DNA of 63,819 nt, counting the filler, from Lenisia limosa (lineage: Eukaryota > Protista > Breviatea), in NCBI GenBank assembly GCA_001655205.1. It is 7 parts of 7 records of this genome, joined end to end, with 100 filler letters (N's around TTAATTAATTAA, not from the genome) between each part and the next. Parts side by side here need not be neighbours in the genome. Positions count along the whole stretch, not along the records: positions 1 to 10,020 come from LPNZ01011631.1; positions 10,121 to 32,644 come from LPNZ01009180.1; 5 more parts are not named here. One strand, 5' to 3'. The position numbers were made by a program, and so were the translations under genes. A model generated the notes under the pieces. That model made no database searches. It saw only the letters and a list, made by a program, of their open reading frames with translations, and had not been told where the DNA came from. This document shows, piece by piece, positions 1 to 10,983 of the stretch (position 1 is its first letter; each line of letters opens with the position of its first letter).

Positions 1-3000
1 CCAAGAGAGTCTCAAAAAAATAAAAAAAATACTCCACAGGTCACAGAGAATTATAACCGAAGATTTGCAAAAAAACGAAGAGTAAGAATCAGATGCAGTG
101 CCCAAAGTGTGCTCACTTCAATTGTGGAGTTTGGTGGAAGGTCAGGAAGAAGAGAGGCAAAACTACACGGATTAACGGCAGATATGAAAACGTTGCATTC
201 TCTCATTTGCTGAAGCCTTTAGAACCAGGAGAGCATCATAATGAAAAACATAGAGTGAATATCCCAAAACAGAATAAGCCTACCTATAAAGACCGTCATG
301 AATGACCTCATCTCGAATCGCGTCAGCGGCAGAGATGGTGGACATGTTCCATTCCTGCTGTGGTAAGTCCGCAATACCAAATATGACAAGTTCAGCCACC
401 TTGCCCACTTTGTCGTTCTGCTTGCGCCACTGGGCTTGGAAGGTGCAGATCATCGAGGGGTCCAGGCCGCCGCCGCCGATGCCAACTGCCCGGCGGCCGA
501 TAACTGGGGAGGGGGGTGAAGGGAAAGTATGATAAAAACCCAGTAATCAACTCTATTGGCTATCTATTTCAGGGGGAGGAGGGTATATGATGAGAGGTAG
601 AAATTTGTGATTCTCTTTGGGGNNNNNNNNNNNNNNNNNNNNNNNNNNNNNNNNNNNNNNNNNNNNNNNNNNNNNNNNNNNNNNNNNNNNNNNNNNNNNN
701 NNNNNNNNNNNNNNNNNNNNNNNNNNNNNNNNNNNNNNNNNNNNNCAAAGCACTGCAGTCCCTACCAGTTCCCTTCGGTAAATCGGCGTATACGGTGTGT
801 GGACCCTCACTGTCTTCCTCTTCTAACTTCGGCGTGCCGGATTCCTGAGGTCAGTCAATGGCTCATTGCCAAACCGGATTTGTACCACCCCTTGTCTACT
901 CCCTGCACATATCACTTTGCTATTACTTGTCATCGAAGCATCCCCCTCCCAATATTGTTGCCACTATAGCTATGTTTTACACTACCCACTTCAGTTTTAG
1001 TCTCTTCGGAACCCTCGTTGGCAGTAGATATTTCAGCCTTCTGGCTGGGTTAAAGGGAGGGGGGTATACGCCAACTAATGTTCAACATGAGGAAGAAGTC
1101 ATACACACTATCACGGATACCGAGGTTAGATATTGCTATTACTGATGCGTACCTCTAGCAAGAAGCTGAGGGGCTTTCTTTCGGGCAGTGCTGCAGCTTC
1201 CAGCATGGCTAAAGGGGTAAGCAATCGAGAATACTACTCGTCAAAAATATAAAAGCCCAAAGAAAAAAGTTTAACTANNNNNNNNNNNNNNNNNNNNNNN
1301 NNNNNNNNNNNNNNNNNNNNNNNNNNNNNNNNNNNNNNNNNNNNNNNNNNNNNNNNNNNNNNNNNNNNNNNNNNNNNNNNNNNNNNNNNNNNNNNNNNNN
1401 NNNNNNNNNNNNNNNNNNNNNCTTCAGTAGGCCAGGTGGCAAGGACGTTAACCTCCTTTGCGCTCTCCAACTGCCCTACAGGGAGGTGACGCTTGATGGA
1501 GGAATATAACATAATGAAATGATAGAGCTCTGGCTTGATATTCAGTGAGGGTTCCAAAATACCACATACCCGTTGCGGTTGTGAACGTCTGTGAAGATGA
1601 CCATCTAGTACCANNNNNNNNNNNNNNNNNNNNNNNNNNNNNNNNNNNNNNNNNNNNNNNNNNNNNNNNNNNNNNNNNNNNNNNNNNNNNNNNNNNNNNN
1701 NNNNNNNNNNNNNNNNNNNNNNNNNNNNNNNNNNNNNNNNNNNNNNNNNNNNNNNNNNNNNNNNNNNNNNNNNNNNNNNNNNNNNNNNNNNNNNNNNNNN
1801 NNNNNNNNNNNNNNNNNNNNNNNNNNTAGCCGTCTTCTTGGCCAGCATCTACAAAGGAGATAACGCTAATACAAAATTTGAAGTTATAATACATCATTAT
1901 CATTCAAAGAGACAGAAAAGCACCCCCGAGTACCCGTGAGCGCCATTGCTTTGCAGCACCCTCAGTGGCCTTCATCGCCACCGCAACCTGCAGGTGGTGA
2001 GACGATGCGTACCTCAAACCACCCAAACCTTAGCCATGTCAACACCCAAACCTTAGCCATGTCAACACCCTTCGTAGCTTCCTTTCCCTCAGTCTTAGGC
2101 TCAGCTTCAGCTTCAGCTTCAGCCGGCGGAGATGCTGTTTCGGGTGGTGACGCGGTTTCTTCAGGGGTAGGTGGTGCTGGGAGGTGAGCGGATTGGGTAA
2201 ACCAAAAACATGAAAAACTTCATTTGAAGTGCGCATCATAATGGAAATAGGAAATTAAGAACGGTACCCCCCCCCCCACCGTCATCCATAACGTCCACTG
2301 CAACCTCATGCCAGTCGCAGCCGGGTCTACGCACTGCAACGACATACTCAACTTCGTCCCTACAGTGTTGGTGGCAAATGCGCGGAGTGAACGAAGTCCA
2401 AACAGAGTATTAGCGTATCTTTATGATATGACACATACCCTGGGGTATCAGCGGTGTGGGAAGTGGCAGAGGGACGATCGGATAAGGGGCGATAGCCAGC
2501 CTAGATGATGATCGGTTGAAGCGTCTTCGTGATTACGAGTGTACATCATAATTAAGACAGGATTTCAATCAATAAACCCGGTTTTCTACTTTGTTACATT
2601 GTTGTTTACCAACCTTCATCCCCCCCCCCCCCCNNNNNNNNNNNNNNNNNNNNNNNNNNNNNNNNNNNNNNNNNNNNNNNNNNNNNNNNNNNNNNNNNNN
2701 NNNNNNNNNNNNNNNNNNNNNNNNNNACTCCTGTCGGCGTGGTGACTGAGATGTGCGGCGACGTGGCGCCAAGACCCTGGTTGTTCTTCGGCACTACTCG
2801 GATGCTGTAGACTCGGCCGGGGCGGAGTTTCGGCATGAATAATTCCGACTCCAGAATGTCAATTGCCACATCGGTCCAATCGTCTTCCTCCATCACGTCA
2901 GCTGTGGGGGTTAACTGGCACATTTGAGTGATACACGAACTAAACAGAAGCTCAAGGGCAAACACCATTAGAAAATATGGAGCTGGAAACAGAAGTGTCA

Positions 3001-6000
3001 ATCTGAAGTACATTATCCCTACCCTCGGGGGGCGCCAGGGTGGCCTCAGAAGCCGTCGGAACGCTCCATCCAACTGCCCGTCGCTGAGTCGTAATGCTAT
3101 GTTACAAAAGGAGAAAAGCAATGCGCACGTATTTATATGTATTTAAGCTACCAAGTACAGTTTTTAAGCAAGGCATCCCCCCCCTACCTGTACAGTGAAC
3201 TTGGTGCGGTCATGGGAGGGGTCCTCGCCAAGACGGCCGAACACACTACCTGCAGTCCATTTCAGGGTCACACAGGTCTGGGGGGGGGGGGGGGNNNNNN
3301 NNNNNNNNNNNNNNNNNNNNNNNNNNNNNNNNNNNNNNNNNNNNNNNNNNNNNNNNNNNNNNNNNNNNNNNNNNNNNNNNNNNNNNNNNNNNNNNNNNNN
3401 NNNNNNNNNNNNNNNNNNNGGGGACTTATTGGAAATGTATTGAGGACCAATTGCCTTCGATTGGCAATACCAAGAAGTTGCTCTTTCAGAGATTACAACA
3501 ATCAAATACGCTTCCAAAACTCCCCTTTTCAAAACCCATTACGAGTCAGCAACATCTTCAATCTGCCCCCTCCCACCCTGTCCTCGATGATTCTCAGCCA
3601 CGATGCGCACGAACAGCGACTGGCCCGCCTCCCCAATGTCCACGTCAAATTCGGTCTCACTCGTTGAGCCAGCCTGGGAGGGGGGGGGGCGCGGTAAATA
3701 CAATGCACTAGTTCACATTGGAATAAGGAAGGAGCAGTTCACATTGAAGGAGCAGTTCACATTGGAATAAGGAAGGACCAGTTTACATTGGAATAAGGAA
3801 GGAGCAGTAAGATGCAAGCCATTGCCTTCGCTCACTCTGTTCCACTGGTACTCTCCGGCAGCTACGGACCAATCAATGTGGTAGACAAGCTTGGGGGTGG
3901 GCTCCTTGGGCAGGCCTTCAACCTGATGCCGTAAGTATGCTCATGCTATGGCACAAAGTATAGTTCTAGACATAACAATCCAACACCCTTCTTATTTCCT
4001 TATGCCCCACCTGTGTGCCTGTCAGCTCATCGGGGGGTTGCCAGTGCAGCAGGATGGAGTGGAACGTAGACGTTTTGGTCTTAAGCGACTTCGGAGCATT
4101 AGGTGTGCCAACCTACGGGTGATGGGTGAGAAGAATCCAATGAATTACTAAACTAGTGCAATTTCCGAGTTTTCTTTTCTGTAAGCGATGAACACATCTG
4201 TATCATGACCATTAGCACATGGGTAAGATCTCCAGCTTTTGGTGTCAGACAGCAACCCNNNNNNNNNNNNNNNNNNNNNNNNNNNNNNNNNNNNNNNNNN
4301 NNNNNNNNNNNGCCTTGTTTGTTGGAGGTAACTACTCGGAACTCGTAGCTGTAGTGATTGAGTGGAAAATGAGATCGCCAGGGGCGTGTTCATTACGAAC
4401 GAAGAAGCCGGCACTTGTCCATCAATATCCCCCCACCCCCACCTATGATCGTCATGCAGACCGTCCACCACACAAGACGTCGCGTTGACAACTGACTGCA
4501 CCTCCTCCCAGTCGTTTAGGCCCTGGGGGTATTAACACAGGTGTTATAGTCAGTAATGGGGGAGGCATAAAAGGGATGACAAAGGACAACAAAGGAACCA
4601 AGGGAAACACAATAAGCAAAAGGTTGTATCATCATACGATACCAGGAAGTATTGCAGAAACACACCTTGGCCGTCCGTTCAATACTGTATTTGAGAGGGT
4701 CTTGAGGGTCATCAGTGGGGGCAAGTCCCTGCACAGAGAGTGAACAGAGATGTTGACACGATAGAGTAATGCAGAGGTGTTGACAGATACGATAGTGTAT
4801 TGTCTAGTTCGTGGAAGAATTCCACTTTAGAAACCAAAAATTGTTCATTAACCTCCCCCCCACATTATGCGACTTTCTGCCAAGGACTGTAGACGTTTGC
4901 CACTCAAGCTGTGTTGCACCTGCTGAGACTGCCGTGGACTGCGGGGGGGGGGGATGTTAGATATGTAAAACATCTGGAATCAGAAAAAAACGCTTGGAAA
5001 AGTGAGCCGAGAGGTATTCATAACCCATTAGCGTACTTTGAAGTCCAAGGCAGCGAACGGTGCTCCGATGGTATGAGCTTTGACAAGTTTCGAGCTTAAT
5101 CCCGGGCCATGCTGAGGGGGTAATTATTTGCAATTGTGAGATGACGAAAAACATCAAGTATGGTTAAACATCCAGATAGTTCCATAACCTAATGAAAAGA
5201 GGCACAATAATGAGCCTGCCCACGATATTGACAGCTCTGACGGAGGCAGCATACTCCGTACCAGGGTGCAGACCCTCAATCTCAACCTTCTCCGCCGTAG
5301 ACTCTGTTTTTTGCTGAATTGTCAACAAATAGAAATACTGGGGGATTAAGATCTACTCGTACTGAGAAAGAGTCCCTGTTTTTCTTTCAGTTACGCCTTT
5401 ATACCCCCCTCCCTCACCGCTACTACACCAGTGGGGGCATTGATGGGGACAGCATCAATGATGTATGTCAGGGGGAGCTTTGCTTCTTCTGCTGCTTCCT
5501 GGGGGGGGGGGGTNNNNNNNNNNNNNNNNNNNNNNNNNNNNNNNNNNNNNNNNNNNNNNNNNNNNNNNNNNNNNNNNNNNNNNNNNNNNNNNNNNNNNNN
5601 NNNNNNNNNNNNNNNNNNNNNNNNNNNNNNNNNNNNNNNNNTGGTTCAAGAATTAAGCATCTCATCAATTTCCGAAGAATAGATACACCTCCCCCCCCAC
5701 AAACCTTAAGACAGCCGACTTCCAAGGGTTTTGGTGGGAACCAGGTCAGCGATAGGCTACTAGCCGTGGCCATGGTGAACTCAAGGTTATCGGGCTGTAG
5801 AGGCACTGGGATGGTGTCAAGGGGTTGAAGCTACATAAACAAAAAAACTCCCGATTCACCCGTCCAATCATACCTCCAGAAAGAGTCTTGGCTTTGACAA
5901 GCTTGGAACTTTCGCTCTCTCCTTGGTGGTTCGTAGCAGCTACCACAAACTGCGGAATTAATGAAGTAACAAAGTAATGCATCAGATGGTGTTGTTCTTT

Positions 6001-9000
6001 AGACCATGCACCCCCCCCCCCACAAGATAGTCGGAGGCAGCGGTTAGGTTCTGGACAGTAAAGGAGCATTCAGACGTAGTGCCTGCGGAGGTCCAATCGT
6101 CTAACGTGAGGCCTGCTGAACTCTCCAGTCCTACGCTGGTCATCCTGCCAAACGTGCATTGTCGGATGTAACTAATAGAAAGATATAGCAACATCATTGT
6201 AAATTAGCAAGTAAGGTACACCACCCACCAAGAAGGTAGAACACAGTGTAGGTGTCAACTGCTGTCTGCAATAGTGAACAATGATACCTTGGATATATTG
6301 AGATAACAAGAGGAGAAATCAACACAGGTATCTGGTAGAATAAAATAGAAACACAAAACTGTCTCAATTTAGTCCCTCGTCCCTACTCTCTCTGAGTGAG
6401 ACCCTTTGAAGTTGAGTGCAGTTGGCGGTTCCCATTGCAGAGGGNNNNNNNNNNNNNNNNNNNNNNNNNNNNNNNNNNNNNNNNNNNNNNNNNNNNNNNN
6501 NNNNNNNNNNNNNNNNNNNNNNNNNNNNNNNNNNNNNNNNNNNNNNNNNNNNNNNNNNNNNNNNNNNNNNNNNNNNNNNNNNNNNNNNNNNNNNNNNNNN
6601 NNNNNNNNNNNGAGGGATTGAATAAACCAAAGCCCACTAGATATGCAAAAACTGAAATGCGATACCACTTTGTTAATTATCAACATCACTATCATCACCC
6701 CCCTCTCTCAACAGGAGGATCCCAGCCCCCACCAATGCGGTGGTTTCATACACACACGATATAAATAAATTATATCATATATAATACCCCCCTCCCAACC
6801 GCATTTGGTGCATTGGGAGAGCCGATGGTTGAGCCTTTAGTCGGCTTGGAGGATGTGGAGGTTCCGAAGTCGTTGACCGCTAACGTTCGGAACCTGCGAG
6901 GGTGAAGGGAAACAAGAGAAGATAATCAGGGTGGTAGCTGGGAAGAGGAGGCAAGAGGAAGGGGCAGAATCAAAAGCGAGCGAGAGAGAGGGAAACAGAA
7001 AAAGAGCAACATTATGAAATACATATCGATATTACAAACTATAGCTATAAAAAAATCCCCCCCTCCCTCCCCCAACTTATAGCTAAGCCCAGGCTGCAGG
7101 TTGAAGACTTTGATGAGGTCGCCGGAGTCTGACATTCCATCTGCCTTCTCAATGCAGGCACTTTGCCACTTCAAACCGTTGGATCCGGCATCATGTTCAA
7201 CCTGGAGGAGTATGCTTAATATGGTTGTTTAACGTTTCAGATTCAATCATAATGTTATGATAATGATAATGATAATAGTAATCAGTAGACCCCCAATCGT
7301 TTGGAAACATAGCCAGACCAGTCAATTCTGTATGGACCCCCCTCCCCACCTCCCATTTGACAATTGGCTCGCCTTCTCTGTCGGGGGCCGGCATGTCACT
7401 CACCATACCAGGGGCAGTTTGGACGGCTGTGGGATGAGGCAAAGGATGCATCATCGAATTTACAATGGGAAAATACCATACAAGACTGTCAAAAAACTAA
7501 AATTCTAAAATAGGCACATCGTAATAAACTTGGACAAACCTGGGGGAGCGCAACAGAGGATAACGTATTCAGGTGCTTCGACCTCAACCGAGGGTGCTGA
7601 AGTGTAAGTGGTGGAGGAAGAGAACTGAGATAAAGTGCACATCACTGTGAATTTCCTCCTCACGGGGAGGGGCCGGGAGGATGCCTGATGTTGTGGACTT
7701 GATAGTTTTGATTGATGGGGCTGATTCACCTGGTGGTAAAAACAAAGGTCGAGAAAAAATCGCAAGAGGGCCATGCTTTTGAGATACAAAAGGGAGTTTG
7801 CCTGTTTGAAACAATTACCTTGTTTGTTGGAAGCGGTGACAATGACGGTGTACTTGGTTGAAGGCTCAAGGTCCGCGATGCGAACATCACAGTTTACTGT
7901 GTCAGTAACAGCCTAAAATGAAACGTGAGTGTTTAATTTGCCAACTATAAAAAAAGGAAATGTTTAGAATTGTTGAGAATTGACATGGAGTTATGACCCC
8001 CTCACAATGAACTCATTTGAAGGGTTCCGAGCAAGGAAGACGGTGTATGTCATGCCTTCGTCCCATCCATCAAGCTGGCGGGTCAGCATCATATGATAAG
8101 TAGTACGATAAGAATAGTAACGATAATGCATTCCTCTTATCTTGTGCAATAAAGCTATATCTATTCTCCACAAAGGAGGCCCACATACCGGTCCTGCTTT
8201 CAGAGGTTTCCAGCGGACAAGGAAGGAACGCGCAGTTTCCTGGCAAGTTGACACCTGGGGGTTATTGAGAACATGGAAAATAATAACAAAAATTCTACTA
8301 TTATTATCTTAAAAAAAACTACCTTCGTCGGTTGTGGCGGAGGCCCCACGGTTTCGACACAAAACATCGGTCCTGGGGGTCATACGATCAAGAAGATACG
8401 TGTGGTAGACATTGAGACAGTACGATGTTAGATTTAATGATAGATATCATATGATATAGATTAGAAGCACATGATACAGTGTATAAAATGTTTTCCTGTT
8501 TTGGATTAAAGAAGACAGGTCAAGATAAACAGCCCTATTCCCGGCGGCATACCAGGGAGACTTTGCCCGTACTGGTTGCTTGCAATCAGACGGACGCGGT
8601 AGGCCGTGCTGTGTGTCAGGCCTGTGGGGGGGGGGGNNNNNNNNNNNNNNNNNNNNNNNNNNNNNNNNNNNNNNNNNNNNNNNNNNNNNNNNNNNNNNNN
8701 NNNNNNNNNNNNNNNNNNNNNNNNNNNNNNNCGCAATTTTTACAATCCCAATAACAAGTCTTTGGATGTATAGCCCAATACCCCAACCAGAGATTTGAGC
8801 ACTGAAGTTCATGAGACTCTCATCATGCTCTATTTTGAACTTCTCAGAAGTTTCGAATCCTTGATCACCCAGCTTAGCTCCTCCCTCGGCAAACTGTGGG
8901 GTGAGTGAAACATAGAGAATAATAATAAAAAAAATGGGGGGGGGGGGNNNNNNNNNNNNNNNNNNNNNNNNNNNNNNNNNNNNNNNNNNNNNNNNNNNNN

Positions 9001-10020
9001 NNNNNNNNNNNNNNNNNNNNNNNNNNNNNNNNNNNNNNNNNNNNNNNNNNNNNNNNNNNNNNNNNNNNNNNNNNNNNNNNNNNNNNNNNNNNNNNNNACT
9101 CATACTGAACCTATGGCCTAACCCAAATTCCTGTTCTATCTATTCCGCCAACCTGCACTAGATAGGAGTCGGGGTCAGAAGAGTAGTGGGCTGCAGCCTT
9201 TCTAGACGATTGCCACGTCATTGAGAAACCCTCCGGTTTGCGCCCGGATAGCTGCCGAGATGTAAGTTGTGTGACAATATCAAATATCATTGTAAAATGA
9301 CAATCAGAGAGTAAATGTGAGACTAGATAGCGTCTATTTGGCTATGAACCATAAGTGGTGCGCATAGCAAAAGAGTAAACATGTAAAGGGGAGGGGAATT
9401 TAATGTTTGTAATAAATACATGTAAAAGTCCCCCCCCCCCACGATCGGTGCCATTGGANNNNNNNNNNNNNNNNNNNNNNNNNNNNNNNNNNNNNNNNNN
9501 NNNNNNNNNNNNNNNNNNNNNNNNNNNNNNNNNNNNGGCTTGCTCCAGGGGCCTTCCCCAAGGTCATTCAGAGCCTACAAAGTGAGATCCATCCAACTGC
9601 ACATCCTGCAACGTTAACTTCAATATTATACAGCTTATGATAGAGTACGTAGCAAATTAAGAAAAACACAATATATGCGTGGAGTGTCAGAATAAGTGGT
9701 CGATCGATGGAATGAACTCCGTAACAGCAGACCTGAATTGAGACGGAGTGGGCGGTATTATGGACCAAGCCCTTGACTGTGTACTCCAGAATGTCAGCTG
9801 TGATAACGTCCTCGGGCATTTCCACGTAGATTTCCTCCTGAAAAAGGTTAGGATTACTACTCAGTCCACAACTTCACCGGATGAATCTCCAGGTAAGAGC
9901 AAAGGTTACTATTCGGATAAAATTAATCGCAATACTCTTAAATTAAAGGTAGTGAAGGATACCACAATCCCACCTTGTCCTGGGGCTGTACAAGAAGTCT
10001 GTAGCCTAGGGTGCAGCCGG
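1..10020 (-). CDS. Large multi-exon fibronectin type III repeat protein (about 10 FN3 domains) with an unidentified C-terminal region; 5' end cut by the scaffold break, 3' end probably beyond the window
   Basis: Spliced exons give repeated FN3 signatures, e.g. EYTVKGLVHNTAHSVSIQ|ALNDLG, AQISGLTHSTAYRVRLIASNQYGQS, RIADLEPSTKYTVIVTASNKQ|GES, VFNLQPGLSYK|FRTLAVNDFGTS, PDNLEFTMATASSLSLTWFPP, IEGLHPGTEYAASVRAVNIVG, KLRPGRVYSIRVVPKNNQGLG. Flanked by GT..AG. Some exons are hidden in N gaps. Confidence 0.85.
2021..2066. repeat. Exact 23-bp tandem duplication spanning a candidate splice donor of the FN3 gene
   Basis: acccaaaccttagccatgtcaac x2 on + strand. Confidence 0.9.
3710..3808. repeat. Intronic 26-bp minisatellite (about 4 copies, one internally deleted)
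   Basis: Unit agttcacattggaataaggaaggagc, head to tail, no spacers. Confidence 0.9.
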
Positions 10021-10120
10021 NNNNNNNNNNNNNNNNNNNNNNNNNNNNNNNNNNNNNNNNNNNNTTAATTAATTAANNNNNNNNNNNNNNNNNNNNNNNN
10101 NNNNNNNNNNNNNNNNNNNN
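10021..10120. other. Artificial scaffold spacer N44-TTAATTAATTAA-N44
   Basis: All-frame stop linker at 10065-10076 flanked by exactly 44 N each side; identical structure occurs six times. Confidence 0.97.
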
Positions 10121-10785
10121 CACAACCTTTCGGATGGCATTGTGACTTACCTGACTGCCCTGATGACGTTTGCGGATTTCAAATAGCCACGATTATCATC
10201 AACTTATTTTGTTATTATATTGTAGAAACAGGAATGCAGAGCATTATACTACCCTAAGGATGGTAAAAAGGTCTTCAATGGCTGTGATTGTCTCGACATA
10301 CCCAATCGTACGTTGGAATTTTAAGTTCATTTACCACTTAGCATGTCGCAAAGAAAAGAACGTCTGTGTAGGAACTTGCCCTGATGAAAAGGATGTAAGA
10401 AGGGAAAGTACTATGCTTACCCTTATTGAGTTATTACTAATAATCATAGCGGTGACCGTGATCTCTTACTTAGTCCTTTGCTAATTGTTTTTTATTCATC
10501 TAGCATTGTGTCGGACATTTTGTGGACAACAGGCTATTACACTGCACCTGCTGCGAGTGTGAACCACCTGAGGATCCTTGCAGTGGTTAGTTATGGATGG
10601 AACAATTGTAGCTTGGGATGCCAATTAGTTCCATAGCCTCTTATTGTCCAGTCTGCCATCTTGAGTTCTACGAGAACATTCCATTATGTGTTGGCGTATG
10701 TCCACGTACTGAGGCATGTAAATTGTTCCGTGGATCTGCTGGATCCACACCGCGCTGTTCCTGCACACGTAGGCCTGAGTTCTAA
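10121..10785 (+). CDS. Small cysteine-rich protein with two CxGxCP...CxC modules, 5'-partial
   Basis: Phase-consistent exons: ..KQECRALYYPKD|ACRKEKNVCVGTCPDEKD|HCVGHFVDNRLLHCTCCECEPPEDPCS|ASYCPVCHLEFYENIPLCVGVCPRTEACKLFRGSAGSTPRCSCTRRPEF*, stop TAA at 10783-10785. Confidence 0.65.
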
Positions 10786-10983
10786 TTCGGATAGGTTGTC
10801 AAATTGGTACCCCTAACTCCTCACAGCAATTGGCTAAACCCTGAGTAACTACTAAGTCTGACCAAAGTACAATCAGTTTATTCCTCATTGACACCATATT
10901 CATTGACTCTTCCTTTATTATCTCAGTCTATTATTGTTAATATATTGTTATCACATTGCTCTTTAACCCAATACCATACATTA

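Noticed and set aside
3710-3808. CRISPR-like repeats in the FN3 intron
   Set aside because: Contiguous minisatellite with no spacers.
8740-8900. Jacalin-like lectin domain (GGAKLGDQGF..KIEHDESL..ISGWGIGLYIQRL)
   Set aside because: Splicing at ISG|gttggg joins SYLVQ|FAEGG..AQISG|LTHSTAYRVRLIASN into a normal FN3 domain; the jacalin-like tail is intron read-through.
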